Shown in pieces: positions 31,757 to 42,192 of a DNA stretch of 64,000 nucleotides. The position numbers and the translations under genes were made by a program. Numbering within the stretch: position 1 is the stretch's first letter; each line of letters starts with the position of its first letter. The notes under the pieces are model-generated. The model worked only from the letters and a program-made list of their open reading frames with translations. It did not search any database and had not been told where the DNA came from. The stretch is from contig JAAYKE010000049.1 in NCBI GenBank assembly GCA_012522575.1, forward strand, positions 2,445 to 66,444, written 5' to 3'. This stretch comes from Armatimonadota bacterium. GTDB lineage: Bacteria; Armatimonadota; UBA5829.

Positions 31757-34606
31757 TTGAACAATGTGAGCCTTATCGCGCTTGCTCTTCTGGTGCTGGG
31801 AACTGCGTCGGAGTGCTCCGCCAATGTATATGCATGTGACATGAAGTCGGGCAAGTTCAGCGTTAACTTCAATTGCGGAGGCAAAGGTCTCTCGGTGTGG
31901 TATGACGACGTCTGCGTCATTCGCGAATCGTCAATGTGGCTGCACAACCCTGGCTGGAACGTGCATTATTATGGCCTGCATCAGATGAGCGACAATATCG
32001 AGATGCGTGATATCGATGGCGGCAAAGAGGCCGTTGTCACCCATAAATCTGAGTTTTTTGATGGCACGCAGACGATAAGGGTCACCGCCGACAAAGTCAG
32101 CGTTGATTTCAAAAGCAAGCTGATAAAAGAAATTGAAGACGCGGATATGGAATACTGCTTCGGCAAGTTCTGTGCGGCTCCGATACTCGGCAGACCATAC
32201 ACAGGCGTCACGCACACAGGCAAAAATGAAAAGGGAGTTGTCCCTATTCGCGCTACCAGTCCGGATTCCTGGTCGCAACTACTCACATCCGAATCTTTCA
32301 ATAAACTCGAAATTGATACGCGGATTGGCAAGATGACGCTGGAGGTGAGCGGATACCCGAGTTCGTTGATGATGATGGACTATCGGTTGAACCAATACCA
32401 CGACATCGACGAGATTCCATATTTCTGGTGTGGAACGAATTGGCATTATGAATATGGCAGGGAATACGCCGGAAACGTCACTCTCACTATGCAGCCTCAC
32501 GCTAAAGCCGCCGCCCCTAAGCCCGTTTCGATTCCAGCCGCTTTGGTGTCGGACAAGAACCTGCGAAAGGCGCAATATGGGCCGGTGTATGTTATCCCGG
32601 AGCCGCAGGAGATGAAGCTGACACAGGAGGCGTTTCGACTGACTCCGAGCACGATGATCGTTGTTGCGGACTCGGCAAAGCGCGCTGATTTGCGCGGAGC
32701 TATGTCATTTGCCGAAGAAGTCAAGTTGCTGTATGGATTTCTGCCAAAAGTTGTGCGGGAGCGCGAGGCAGGCAAGAATCCGGCGATTCTGGTTGGTGAA
32801 GCGGCGTCCAATAAGCTGCTGGCTGCGCAAGCCGGCAAACGCGGTTTGGCCGCGCCGACCAAAGAGGAAGGCTATGCGCTGAGCGTGACTCCATCTCAGG
32901 CGCTGGTGCTTGGATATGACCAGCGCGGATCGTTTTATGGCATGCAAACCCTGAAGCAGCTTCTGGTGTCGGACGCCGGAGGGGCTGCGATTCACGGGTG
33001 CGAGATCAACGACTGGCCGAGCATGGCTTTCCGCGGGGTGCATTTGTTTACATCCAACGAGGCTCTGCCGTTTCATAAGAAACTCATCGACCGCATTCTG
33101 GCGCGTTATAAGATGAATAACATTATCCTTGAGGCGGAGTTTGTAAAATGGAAGGCCGACCCGGATATTGCGGTTTCCTGGGCGCAGGATCAGTCTGAGA
33201 TCAAAGAAGAGATCAAATATGCGAAGGATAATTTCATAGAAATCAATCCGCTGATGCAGTCCCTTGGGCATTGCGACTGGTTGTTTATGACTGGCAGAAA
33301 TCGCGATATCGCGGAGAACCCCGGCAAGCCGTATGCGTATTGCCCGACAAATCCTAGGACTTATCCGTATATCTTTAAGTTCTATGACGAGTTAATTGAG
33401 CTTTTTGATACCCCTAGATATGTGCATATCGGGCACGATGAGGTGTCGGAGACGTGGGGATTCCCGCTGGATGAGGAGTGCAAAAAGATCGGCGGCCAGC
33501 AGTTGTTTTTAGACGATACCCTCAAAGTATATAATCACATCACCAAACAGGGGCCAAAAGTGATGCTTTGGGGCGATATGCTGTTGTCTCGAGGAGACGG
33601 GCCGGATGCTACCCACGCGAAGGATGCGCAGACTGCGAAGTGGCTGAGGGATCAACTGCCAAAGGACATCGTGGTCACGGACTGGCATTATGCCGCGGCC
33701 AAACCCGAAGAATATAAGTCCCTGAAGCTGTTTATGGACGATGGGTTTGACGTGATCGCTTCGACGTGGGATACGCCGACCAACATCGAACAGTTTGCGC
33801 AGCAGGCCAAAAACGTGGGAGCTATGGGATTGCTGCAAACCACATGGGCGGGATTCAAAAGCGCGGAGAGCAACATTAAGGAGAACTTCAAACAGTTTTC
33901 CGCGTTTATTCTCGCCGCTGAGTATGCGTGGAACAGCGGCAAGACCGACCTGGATCACCTGCCATATAATCACGATGAGGAGTTTCGGCGGCAGTGGACT
34001 CCCAAGTCGATCGCGGCTGTTGATAAGTCCGGGTTTGCCATCGACCTTGCACAGGCATATAACGTGAGCCTTGCCGACAATGAGTCGCTGACAGGGTGGC
34101 TTGGGCTTGGCCCTCAACACGATATGTCGGCAGTGCCAAACGGGCCAACCCGATTCAGAGGGGACCTGTTTAAGCTGGCCGCCGATAACACAAAGCCGTC
34201 GGCAATTAAACTGGCCAGTTCCCTTGACGATAAAGCGATGCCTGAGAGCGTGAAGCTGAATGTCGGGCGAAAGGCGGAGTCGTTATTGTTCCTGCACACC
34301 TGCGCATGGCCGGATAAGAACAACCGCAAAGTCGGCTCATATAAGATCAATTACGCCGACGGATCATCTGAAGCCATCGACCTGCAGTATGGAGCGAACA
34401 TCGTATCCTGGCTGGATCAGCGCTCAATTGGCGGCGCGGAGAAGGTATGGGGCGGGCGCACGAAAGATGACCAGCGCGTGGCACTGTGGCAGTTGCAGTG
34501 GGATAACCCGCATCCGAATAAGAGCATTGAGTCCATTGAGTTCAATTCGACCCGCACGGAAGCCGGGCCGGTGTTGCTGGGGCTGAGCGCGTTGGAAGCT
34601 AAGTAG
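31757..34606 (+). CDS. Exported GH20-family beta-N-acetylhexosaminidase-like multidomain protein
   Basis: TTG start after GGAGG; VIPEPQ, EEGYAL, DWPSMAFRG, HIGHDE catalytic pair, MLWGDM. Confidence 0.85.
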   Translation: MNNVSLIALALLVLGTASECSANVYACDMKSGKFSVNFNCGGKGLSVWYDDVCVIRESSMWLHNPGWNVHYYGLHQMSDNIEMRDIDGGKEAVVTHKSEFFDGTQTIRVTADKVSVDFKSKLIKEIEDADMEYCFGKFCAAPILGRPYTGVTHTGKNEKGVVPIRATSPDSWSQLLTSESFNKLEIDTRIGKMTLEVSGYPSSLMMMDYRLNQYHDIDEIPYFWCGTNWHYEYGREYAGNVTLTMQPHAKAAAPKPVSIPAALVSDKNLRKAQYGPVYVIPEPQEMKLTQEAFRLTPSTMIVVADSAKRADLRGAMSFAEEVKLLYGFLPKVVREREAGKNPAILVGEAASNKLLAAQAGKRGLAAPTKEEGYALSVTPSQALVLGYDQRGSFYGMQTLKQLLVSDAGGAAIHGCEINDWPSMAFRGVHLFTSNEALPFHKKLIDRILARYKMNNIILEAEFVKWKADPDIAVSWAQDQSEIKEEIKYAKDNFIEINPLMQSLGHCDWLFMTGRNRDIAENPGKPYAYCPTNPRTYPYIFKFYDELIELFDTPRYVHIGHDEVSETWGFPLDEECKKIGGQQLFLDDTLKVYNHITKQGPKVMLWGDMLLSRGDGPDATHAKDAQTAKWLRDQLPKDIVVTDWHYAAAKPEEYKSLKLFMDDGFDVIASTWDTPTNIEQFAQQAKNVGAMGLLQTTWAGFKSAESNIKENFKQFSAFILAAEYAWNSGKTDLDHLPYNHDEEFRRQWTPKSIAAVDKSGFAIDLAQAYNVSLADNESLTGWLGLGPQHDMSAVPNGPTRFRGDLFKLAADNTKPSAIKLASSLDDKAMPESVKLNVGRKAESLLFLHTCAWPDKNNRKVGSYKINYADGSSEAIDLQYGANIVSWLDQRSIGGAEKVWGGRTKDDQRVALWQLQWDNPHPNKSIESIEFNSTRTEAGPVLLGLSALEAK

Positions 34607-34611
34607 AGCGC

Positions 34612-34903
34612 AGCGAGACATCTGCTTTTCGTAAAACGCGAAAGCTCGAAAGAAGCGAAATGCAGAAAAGGGAAGGGAAAAAGCAGATTCCTCGGCATTC
34701 GCCTCGGAATGACAATTTAGTTGACACATCCAAGCGCAGTGGCTGGCCTCTGTACCCAGCCACACAAACTATGTCATTTCGAACGAAGTGAGAAGTCTGC
34801 TTTTTTCGAAGTCCGAGGTCAGATGTCCGATGTCCGATACGGGAAACCGCAAACCCTCTCAATAACCCTTCTAACCTCTAACTTCCAACCTCTAACCTCT
34901 AGA
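34612..34903 (-). repeat. Rearranged copy of the repeat family lacking terminal repeats
   Basis: Same modules (AGATTCCTCGGCATTCGCCTCGGAATGACA; TGTCATTTCGAACGAAGTGAGA; CTAACCT heptamers) in different order. Confidence 0.7.
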
Positions 34904-35022
34904 TTCAACGGGCGGCTTTCTTGACCTCAAGTTGAGCATAGGGTTATAATGTGTTCGTTGAACAGAAGCGTAAGGCCCCTGGTTTAGACAGGGGCTTTAC
35001 GGTATGTACTGGGGGTGCAGAG

Positions 35023-35874
35023 GTGCGGGTTTTAGTCACAGGCGCGTGCGGTATGCTGGGGTCGCTGGTGTGCCGTTCGCTGGAGGGCAGCCACACAGTT
35101 GTCCCGACCGATATTGCGGATGGATGCGAGCGGCTGGATGTGGCTGATACTGGGGCTGTGTTTGATATTATCAGCCGGGTTCACCCTCAGACAGTCATCC
35201 ACTGCGCCGCAATGACCGACGTCGATGGCTGTGAGCGCGCTCCCGATGCGGCCCATAAAATCAACGCTATCGGAGCCTGGAACCTGGCCTGTGCGTGCGC
35301 TTCCATTAACTGCGCTATCATATATGTCAGCACGGATTATGTATTTGACGGAGAAAAAGGGGAGCCTTACACCGAGTTCGATTCCCCAAACCCTCAGGGA
35401 GCATACGGAGCAAGCAAGCTGGCAGGCGAACAGGCGATTGAGCAGATATGCCGCAAACATCATATCGTTCGCACTTCGTGGCTGTTTGCGCCACACGGAA
35501 AAAACTTTGCCCTGAGCATATTGAATGCGGCTGAGACAAAATCGGAACTGCGGGTGGTGGCGGATCAGGTGGGTTCGCCGACTTATGCGAGGGATTTGTC
35601 CGAATATCTCGCGTCGCTGGTCGGCTCGCAGTTGTATGGCACATATCATTTCACGAACTCCGGAAGCTGTTCGTGGTACGAATTTGCCAGGGAGATTTTG
35701 AACGCTGCCGGCAAAACCGAGGTAAAAGTAGAGCCTATTACGTCTGAGCAGTGGCCTACTCCCACGAAAAGGCCGAAGTATTCGGTGCTGCGGCGCTACA
35801 GGATGGAGCTTCTCGGACGTGACGACACGCGGTCGTGGCAAAGCGCGGTCGCTGAATTTGCCGCTGCGCTGTAA
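35023..35874 (+). CDS. rfbD: dTDP-4-dehydrorhamnose reductase
   Basis: GACGMLG, HCAAMTDVD, STDYVFDG, YGASK, DQVGSPT. Confidence 0.92.
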   Translation: MRVLVTGACGMLGSLVCRSLEGSHTVVPTDIADGCERLDVADTGAVFDIISRVHPQTVIHCAAMTDVDGCERAPDAAHKINAIGAWNLACACASINCAIIYVSTDYVFDGEKGEPYTEFDSPNPQGAYGASKLAGEQAIEQICRKHHIVRTSWLFAPHGKNFALSILNAAETKSELRVVADQVGSPTYARDLSEYLASLVGSQLYGTYHFTNSGSCSWYEFAREILNAAGKTEVKVEPITSEQWPTPTKRPKYSVLRRYRMELLGRDDTRSWQSAVAEFAAAL

Positions 35875-35924
35875 AATAAATTCGGAAACATATTGCATTT
35901 TGAACGATTTGGAGCACCTGTTGG

Positions 35925-38678
35925 ATGGACTATAGCAAAACCGTAAACCTGCCCAGGACGGACTTCCCGATGAAGGCAAACCTGCCGAACAGGGAGCCGG
36001 AATTCCATAAATACTGGGAAGAGCACGAGATTTATAACAAGATATCCCAACGCGACGACGCCAAAGGGACGTTTGTATTCCACGATGGCCCGCCCTATTC
36101 TAACGGCGATATTCACATGGGACATGCGCTCAATAAGTCCCTTAAGGATTTCATTGCGCGTTATAAGGCGATGACCGGCTATCGAGTGCCGTATATCCCC
36201 GGCTGGGATAATCACGGGCTGCCCATCGAACAGAAAGTGGCCGAGGAGTTCCGCAAGAAGAAGCAGAATCCGAGCAAGCTGGAACTGCGTAAAGCGTGCC
36301 GCATCTATGCCGAAAAATGGGTCGGAATCCAGCGTGAGCAGCTCAAAAGGCTGGGGCTTCTCAGCGATTGGGATCACCCATATCTCACCATGAGCCGCGA
36401 ATATGAGGCCACAATCATCAAAGTGTTTGGCGAGATGATGGAGAAGGGCTATATCTACCGCGGGCTTCGGCCAATTTACTGGTGCACCAACGACGAAACC
36501 GCGCTTGCCGAAGCGGAGATCGAATATGCCGACCATACCTCGCATTCGATATTCGTTCGCTTCCCGCTAGTGTGTGACCCAAATGGCATATTCGAGCGCA
36601 AAGAAAACGCTTATACGATAATCTGGACGACGACTCCTTGGACCATCCCGGCCAACCTGGCGGTTGCGGTTCACCCGGACTATGAATATGCCGTTGTGGA
36701 TGTCGCAGGGGATCGTTATCTTATAGCAGCCGAGCTTGTCAGTCGGACGATGGAAGCCGCCGAGGTGGCCGAATATTGCGTCGTCAAGACCGTCAAGGGC
36801 AGCGAACTTGAAGGGCTGGTGTTTAAGCACCCTATTTATGATCGTGAATCCGTGCTGACCCACGCCAACTATGTCACGCTGGAAGATGGAACCGGCATTG
36901 TTCATACCGCGCCGGGACATGGCCGCGAAGACTTTGAGACCGGCAAAAAGTATGGATTGGAAGCGCTGAACCCGGTTGATGAGCGGGGCTACTTCACCGA
37001 GGCCGCCGGACAGTTCGAAGGGCTTCACATTACCAGGCAGGGCAATCAGGCGGTTATCGACGCGATGCGAGAAAACGGCTCTCTGATGGCCGAAAGCAGC
37101 ATAACCCACAGCTACCCGCACTGCTGGAGGTGTCATAAGCCGGTAATATTCCGAGCGACTGAGCAGTGGTTCGTGAGCATCGACCACGACGATTTGCGAA
37201 AGCGCATTCTTAATGAGATCGAATCATCGGTGAGGTGTTTCCCGAAGGAGGGTCGCAATCGACTGTATGCGATGATCGAAAGTTCTCCGGACTGGTGCTT
37301 GTCCAGACAGCGGTCGTGGGGAGTGGCGATCCCGGTGTTGTTCTGTGACGCCTGCCGCGAACCGGTGTTGAGCAAGGATGTCATTGATCTTGTCTATGCG
37401 GATGCGCTGGAAAACGGGTCGGACTCGTGGTTCGAGAAAGATGCCTCGGAGTTTGTGCCGGCAGGGTTCAAATGCGCAGTCTGCGGATGCGAAACATTCG
37501 TCAAAGAAGAGGATGTCCTGGATGTGTGGTTCGATTCCGGGTCGAGCTGCAGAGCCGTGACTGAGCGCCTATATGGTGACTTTGTAGCGGATGTATATCT
37601 GGAAGGCTCAGACCAGCACAGGGGCTGGTTCAACAAGTCGATCATAGTCGGGACCGCAACGAAGGGCGCGTCTCCGTTCAAGGATCTGGTCACACACGGC
37701 TATGTGCTGGACGCCGAAGGCAAGAAGATGAGCAAGTCCGGCGGCAATACGATTGCTCCAAAGGAAGTAACCAAGCATTTCGGCGCGGATATTCTCAGAT
37801 TGTATATCTCATCGCTGAACTATTTTGAGGATGTGCGGTTTGGACAGGAGATGTTCACCCGTGCGGTGGACGCATACAGGCGCATCCGCAACACGTTCAG
37901 GTTCATTCTGGGCAATTTGTCTGACTTTGACCCGGATAACGACGCCGTTGATTATGCGGATATGCCTGAGATCGATAAATTCGCTCTGCATCGGCTTGCC
38001 GAGTTCACCGCCGAAGTGACAAAGGCTTATGAAGTCTATGAGTTTCATAAGGTCTACCATGCGGTGCACAATTACTGCGCGGTGGATTTGAGCGGGTTCT
38101 ATCTGGATGTGCTCAAGGACAGGCTCTATGCATCCGCGGCGGACTCCGATGAGCGTCGCTGTGCTCAGAGCGCTTTGTATCATATATTATCCGTTCTGAC
38201 GCGGGTTGTGGCTCCCGTGCTGGTGCATACATCCGAAGAGGCCTGGCTGGCTATGCCGGGTGAATCCAAAGCGGAGTCGGTGCATCTGGCTCCGTTCGCT
38301 GAGGCGGACTCACGGTGGATCGATTCCGAGCTTGCCGGGCGATGGGGACGCATACTCGAAGTGCGCGACCGTGTGCTGGCGGCTTTGGAAGAAGCAAGGC
38401 AGTCCGGGGCCATAGGCAAGCCGCTGGAGTCCAGGATTATAGTCTCCGCAGAGGATGAACTGCTCGCGTTTTTGAAGGGATATGAGGGCATTCTTCCATC
38501 GGTCTTTATAGTATCACAGGTAGAGCTAAGGCAAGCCGATGAGTTGGCTGTCGAAGTGCAGGCTCCTGCGGGCGCAAAGTGCGCGAGGTGCTGGCTGGTG
38601 CTCGAATCAGTCGGCACAAACGAGGAACACCCGGAACTGTGCAGCCGGTGCGCAGAAGCAATAGCACACTCTCACTGA
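35925..38678 (+). CDS. ileS: Isoleucine--tRNA ligase
   Basis: DGPPY, HMGH, WTTTPWT, EGSDQHRGWF, KMSKS, C-terminal Zn finger. Confidence 0.98.
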   Translation: MDYSKTVNLPRTDFPMKANLPNREPEFHKYWEEHEIYNKISQRDDAKGTFVFHDGPPYSNGDIHMGHALNKSLKDFIARYKAMTGYRVPYIPGWDNHGLPIEQKVAEEFRKKKQNPSKLELRKACRIYAEKWVGIQREQLKRLGLLSDWDHPYLTMSREYEATIIKVFGEMMEKGYIYRGLRPIYWCTNDETALAEAEIEYADHTSHSIFVRFPLVCDPNGIFERKENAYTIIWTTTPWTIPANLAVAVHPDYEYAVVDVAGDRYLIAAELVSRTMEAAEVAEYCVVKTVKGSELEGLVFKHPIYDRESVLTHANYVTLEDGTGIVHTAPGHGREDFETGKKYGLEALNPVDERGYFTEAAGQFEGLHITRQGNQAVIDAMRENGSLMAESSITHSYPHCWRCHKPVIFRATEQWFVSIDHDDLRKRILNEIESSVRCFPKEGRNRLYAMIESSPDWCLSRQRSWGVAIPVLFCDACREPVLSKDVIDLVYADALENGSDSWFEKDASEFVPAGFKCAVCGCETFVKEEDVLDVWFDSGSSCRAVTERLYGDFVADVYLEGSDQHRGWFNKSIIVGTATKGASPFKDLVTHGYVLDAEGKKMSKSGGNTIAPKEVTKHFGADILRLYISSLNYFEDVRFGQEMFTRAVDAYRRIRNTFRFILGNLSDFDPDNDAVDYADMPEIDKFALHRLAEFTAEVTKAYEVYEFHKVYHAVHNYCAVDLSGFYLDVLKDRLYASAADSDERRCAQSALYHILSVLTRVVAPVLVHTSEEAWLAMPGESKAESVHLAPFAEADSRWIDSELAGRWGRILEVRDRVLAALEEARQSGAIGKPLESRIIVSAEDELLAFLKGYEGILPSVFIVSQVELRQADELAVEVQAPAGAKCARCWLVLESVGTNEEHPELCSRCAEAIAHSH

Positions 38679-38761
38679 GTGCAATCCGGACATATTCACG
38701 CGCTAAATATAACCGCAAGCCGGGATAAATTGGTCAATGAAATGATTGGAGCCTGAACAGC

Positions 38762-39277
38762 TTGGATCGAAAAAATACGATATTGTTCTATTCGACGGCA
38801 GCGGATGTGGCGGTTATAGATCAGTTGACCAAGTATCTGGCGCGGCAGAACCTCGCGTCCGGCAAGCCTGTGGAGGTGATCGCGGGTCTGCTTGACCTCC
38901 CCCTCAACTTCAACACGGGGGCTGCGTTCGGTCTGCTGCCGGATTGGGCGCCGCTGCTCATAATCATGGCCCTTGTGGCGATATTCATAATCGTAAAACT
39001 GCGCGGCGTTGGCGGCGGTTCTTTGCCTGTTTCGATTGGCCTTGGCCTGCTGCTGGGCGGTGCGATTGGCAACCTCATCGACCGCATCGCATTCCCCGCT
39101 CGCGGCGTGACCGATTTTATCGATATCCACATATTTGTTAAAGGTCAGACGCACGCCTGGCCTACTTTCAATATCGCGGATGTCGGGATAGTGGTCGGCG
39201 CGATTCTGGTTTTGTTTCACGTATATATCCTCGAAAGGATGAGAATGGATGATGGAGACACAGAGGCCGCAGATTGA
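38762..39277 (+). CDS. lspA: Signal peptidase II
   Basis: DQLTK, NTGAAFG, GNLIDR, VTDFI, FNIAD; follows ileS. Confidence 0.93.
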   Translation: MDRKNTILFYSTAADVAVIDQLTKYLARQNLASGKPVEVIAGLLDLPLNFNTGAAFGLLPDWAPLLIIMALVAIFIIVKLRGVGGGSLPVSIGLGLLLGGAIGNLIDRIAFPARGVTDFIDIHIFVKGQTHAWPTFNIADVGIVVGAILVLFHVYILERMRMDDGDTEAAD

Positions 39278-39752
39278 GATAGAGCCGACACCGATTGATC
39301 GAGTGGTGGATACGCTGGCGATGATAGGGCTGTTGTATATGGTGGCGATAACCGTGATCTATTATCCGCAGCTTCCGGCGACCATTCCCACGCATTTCGA
39401 TCTTGCAGGCAAAGTCGACGGCTGGGGATCAAAGTTGACCCTGTCGTTTTTGCCTGTGATAAGCGCGGTCTTTTATTTCGCTTTATCTACGATCACCCGT
39501 TTTCCGCACATATATAACTATCCCGTGCCGATAACCGCGGAGAACGTCGAGAAGCAGTATCGAATCGGAATATCGATTATGCGATGGCTGAAGATGGAGT
39601 TCGTGTGCATTTTCGCATTTCTGACTCAGCAGATAATCGCTGCGGCTCAGGTGAAACATCTTTCGATGCAGCCGTGGGTTCCGATGTTGTTTGTGGCGGC
39701 GATACTGATTACATCGGCTGTGCATATAGTGTTGGCTTATCGCGCGAAGTAG
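39249..39752 (+). CDS. DUF1648 membrane protein
   Basis: LPATIPTHFDLAGKVDGWGSK motif; about four hydrophobic segments. Confidence 0.8.
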   Translation: MMETQRPQIEIEPTPIDRVVDTLAMIGLLYMVAITVIYYPQLPATIPTHFDLAGKVDGWGSKLTLSFLPVISAVFYFALSTITRFPHIYNYPVPITAENVEKQYRIGISIMRWLKMEFVCIFAFLTQQIIAAAQVKHLSMQPWVPMLFVAAILITSAVHIVLAYRAK

Positions 39753-39761
39753 TATTGTTTC

Positions 39762-40523
39762 ATGCATAGTACCCTGTTTAAGATATTTGGATTTCCGGTG
39801 CACTCCTATGGCCTGATGATGGTCGTTGGGTTTGCGCTTGGGCTGTGGCGCGCGAGCAGAATATCGAAGAAGCGATATGGAATTGAGCCGGATCGGGTCT
39901 ATGATATGGCCCTGACGCTGCTGATCAGCGGCATAGTGGGATCGCGAATCGTATTTGTGCTCATTAACCCGGACACGGAGAGCTGGAAGGATATGCTGTC
40001 GGTGTGGCAGGGCGGACTAAGTTTCCACGGCGGGCTGATCAGCGCGATGGTTGCAGGAGCTATTTATGCGCGTATTGCGAAGCTGAATTATTGGGTTTGC
40101 GCTGATCTGTTCTCCCCTTCGCTGACGATTGGCTATGCCTGCACTCGAATCGGATGTTTTTTGAACGGCTGCTGCTATGGCGCGCCCACCAATCTGCCCT
40201 GGGGAATGAGATTCCTCGATGAAGGCTTCCTGACTCCGCCCTCTCACCCCACCCAACTCTATGCTGTCGGCGCAAATATTCTGATCCTGTGGGCGTTGAT
40301 TAGGTTGGAGAAGCTGCGCCGAAAGCCCGGTTTCGTATTTGTCGGATATGTCGGGCTTTACTCCATATACAGATTTCTGATCGAGTTTTTGCGCAGCGGA
40401 TATACCGCCAAACTGCTCGCGTTCGGGCTGACTGAGGCGCAGTGGGTAAGCCTGGCGGCCATATTAGCCTCGGCTGTTTTGATGCTCACGGTGTATCGCA
40501 ATCCCCTCAAATCTTCACAATAG
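39762..40523 (+). CDS. lgt: Prolipoprotein diacylglyceryl transferase
   Basis: SYG, GGLSFHGG, RIGCFLNGCCYG, HPTQLY, RFLIEFLR. Confidence 0.95.
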   Translation: MHSTLFKIFGFPVHSYGLMMVVGFALGLWRASRISKKRYGIEPDRVYDMALTLLISGIVGSRIVFVLINPDTESWKDMLSVWQGGLSFHGGLISAMVAGAIYARIAKLNYWVCADLFSPSLTIGYACTRIGCFLNGCCYGAPTNLPWGMRFLDEGFLTPPSHPTQLYAVGANILILWALIRLEKLRRKPGFVFVGYVGLYSIYRFLIEFLRSGYTAKLLAFGLTEAQWVSLAAILASAVLMLTVYRNPLKSSQ

Positions 40524-40619
40524 ACGATCTCATACTTCGAAGAACGAGATATTTCTGCAATTCGACGCCGATTTAATCCATACTCAGGTCATCAACTGAC
40601 AATTTTTGACATAGCCGTA

Positions 40620-40628
40620 TGCTATAAT
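40620..40628 (+). promoter_or_regulatory. Candidate extended -10 promoter for the ubiquitin-like cluster
   Basis: TG-C-TATAAT about 95 nt upstream of the first E2 start; nearby TTGACA is only 11 nt away so is not a canonical -35. Confidence 0.4.
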
Positions 40629-40723
40629 ACCGGTGGGCGGTTGCGGATAAATCAACATCCATCTATAGCCATAATACTCATATAGTAAAAGAATATTGAG
40701 CGATAGATCGGCAAGGGTCGAAT

Positions 40724-41227
40724 ATGAATGTCAGACAACGCAGACTCAACTCGGATTTCCAGGCGCTCATCGAGCTTTCCCGCGACAATCCGCTTATTGA
40801 TTTTGATATATTAAGCAACAACAAGGACAGATATGTAGTGATTTATCGATGCAGAGGTCTGCATTGGCTGCCGGGTCGTCCGCGTCCATCCGTTGCTAAT
40901 CTGCATCGTATGGAAATTTATCTTCACCTGGACTACCCGCGCCTGCCTCCGCAACTGCAGTGGCTGACCGATATTTTCCATCCCAACATCCTGCCTCCTT
41001 CGATGAACGGCGGGGTATGCATAGGCAAATGGACCCCGGCGGAATCTCTGGACAGGCTGGTGGTGCGTCTCGGGGAGATGGTGCAGTATAAAAACTATAA
41101 CACAAAGGATCCCATGAACCTGCAAGCGGCCGCTTGGGCGGAAGAGAACTCCTCGTCGCTGCCCGTAGACAACAGGCCGCTGACAAATCATTCTAACCCT
41201 TTGGACATAGGCATAGGAGCGCAATAA
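40724..41227 (+). CDS. Ubiquitin-conjugating enzyme E2-like protein 1
   Basis: RRLNSDF helix, DYPRLPP, IFHPNI...GVCIG (HPN plus catalytic Cys), W-TPA, DPMNLQAA. Confidence 0.88.
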   Translation: MNVRQRRLNSDFQALIELSRDNPLIDFDILSNNKDRYVVIYRCRGLHWLPGRPRPSVANLHRMEIYLHLDYPRLPPQLQWLTDIFHPNILPPSMNGGVCIGKWTPAESLDRLVVRLGEMVQYKNYNTKDPMNLQAAAWAEENSSSLPVDNRPLTNHSNPLDIGIGAQ

Positions 41228-41228
41228 A

Positions 41229-42167
41229 ATGTCATTTCGGTGTGGAAGGTATTTGCTGTTAGTTATTTGTTTGGGTGTTTTGTTTATCAGTTGCGTGTTC
41301 GCCGACGCCAGAGATGTGGTGGATAAAGTGGGCGATGCAGTGGTAAGCATAGAATGTGATACTCCCGCCGGCGTTTCGGGAGGTTCGGGCGTATTAGTAA
41401 ACCCGGACGGCTACATTCTGACCAACGCTCACGTCATTGATAAAGCAAAAAAAGTGCGGATTAAAATGACGGATGAGAAGCAGTTGAGCGCGAAGGTGGT
41501 GGCTAAAGACAACGAAAATGACCTTGCGATCATCCGCATCAATATCCGAAACCTGCCGGTGGCGGTTATCGGCAACGCGAAGAACGCCAAATCCGGGGAC
41601 AGCGTGGTTGCGATAGGCAGTCCCAAAGGGCTGGATCATACCGTCACCAGCGGGATTGTATCCAAAAGCGACAGAGTAATAAACGGACGCCATTATATTC
41701 AAACCGACGCAGCCCTCAACGAAGGCAACAGCGGTGGCCCGTTGCTGAACGAAAATGGGGAAATTATTGGCATCAATACAATGATTCATAAGAATGCCAA
41801 TCAACTTGGGTTTGCGATTCCCATAAATACGGCTTATGAACTGCTGAACAAAAATAATGTGGCTGTGCTCACGCCGCTGGATAATGAAGAACTTGCAAAG
41901 ACCAAATTGCCAGCCAACAAGACAGAGGGAGCAGGCAGACCATCGACCAAAAAGCCGGGCTGGATTTTATATGTGATTTTGGGAGTGGTTGCGGCGGCTG
42001 TTGCAGCAACCGTTGTGATACTGATTAGAAAGCGCAAAGCGCGAAAGCGGCAGGGAGGTAATGAGGGAGCGCTGGATATCACCCTGCATCCAAAGCTGGC
42101 ACAGGCTCAGCCGGCTGGCCAGGATAACGCCGACGACGGCGATGATTTGGAAATAGAACTGAAATAG
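41229..42167 (+). CDS. Membrane-anchored trypsin-like (S1C/HtrA-type, no PDZ) serine protease
   Basis: Signal peptide; triad TNAHV / NDLA / GNSGG; C-terminal TM followed by RKRKARKR and an acidic tail. Confidence 0.88.
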   Translation: MSFRCGRYLLLVICLGVLFISCVFADARDVVDKVGDAVVSIECDTPAGVSGGSGVLVNPDGYILTNAHVIDKAKKVRIKMTDEKQLSAKVVAKDNENDLAIIRINIRNLPVAVIGNAKNAKSGDSVVAIGSPKGLDHTVTSGIVSKSDRVINGRHYIQTDAALNEGNSGGPLLNENGEIIGINTMIHKNANQLGFAIPINTAYELLNKNNVAVLTPLDNEELAKTKLPANKTEGAGRPSTKKPGWILYVILGVVAAAVAATVVILIRKRKARKRQGGNEGALDITLHPKLAQAQPAGQDNADDGDDLEIELK

Positions 42168-42192
42168 AAACAGAGAGGAGATACACAAGATT

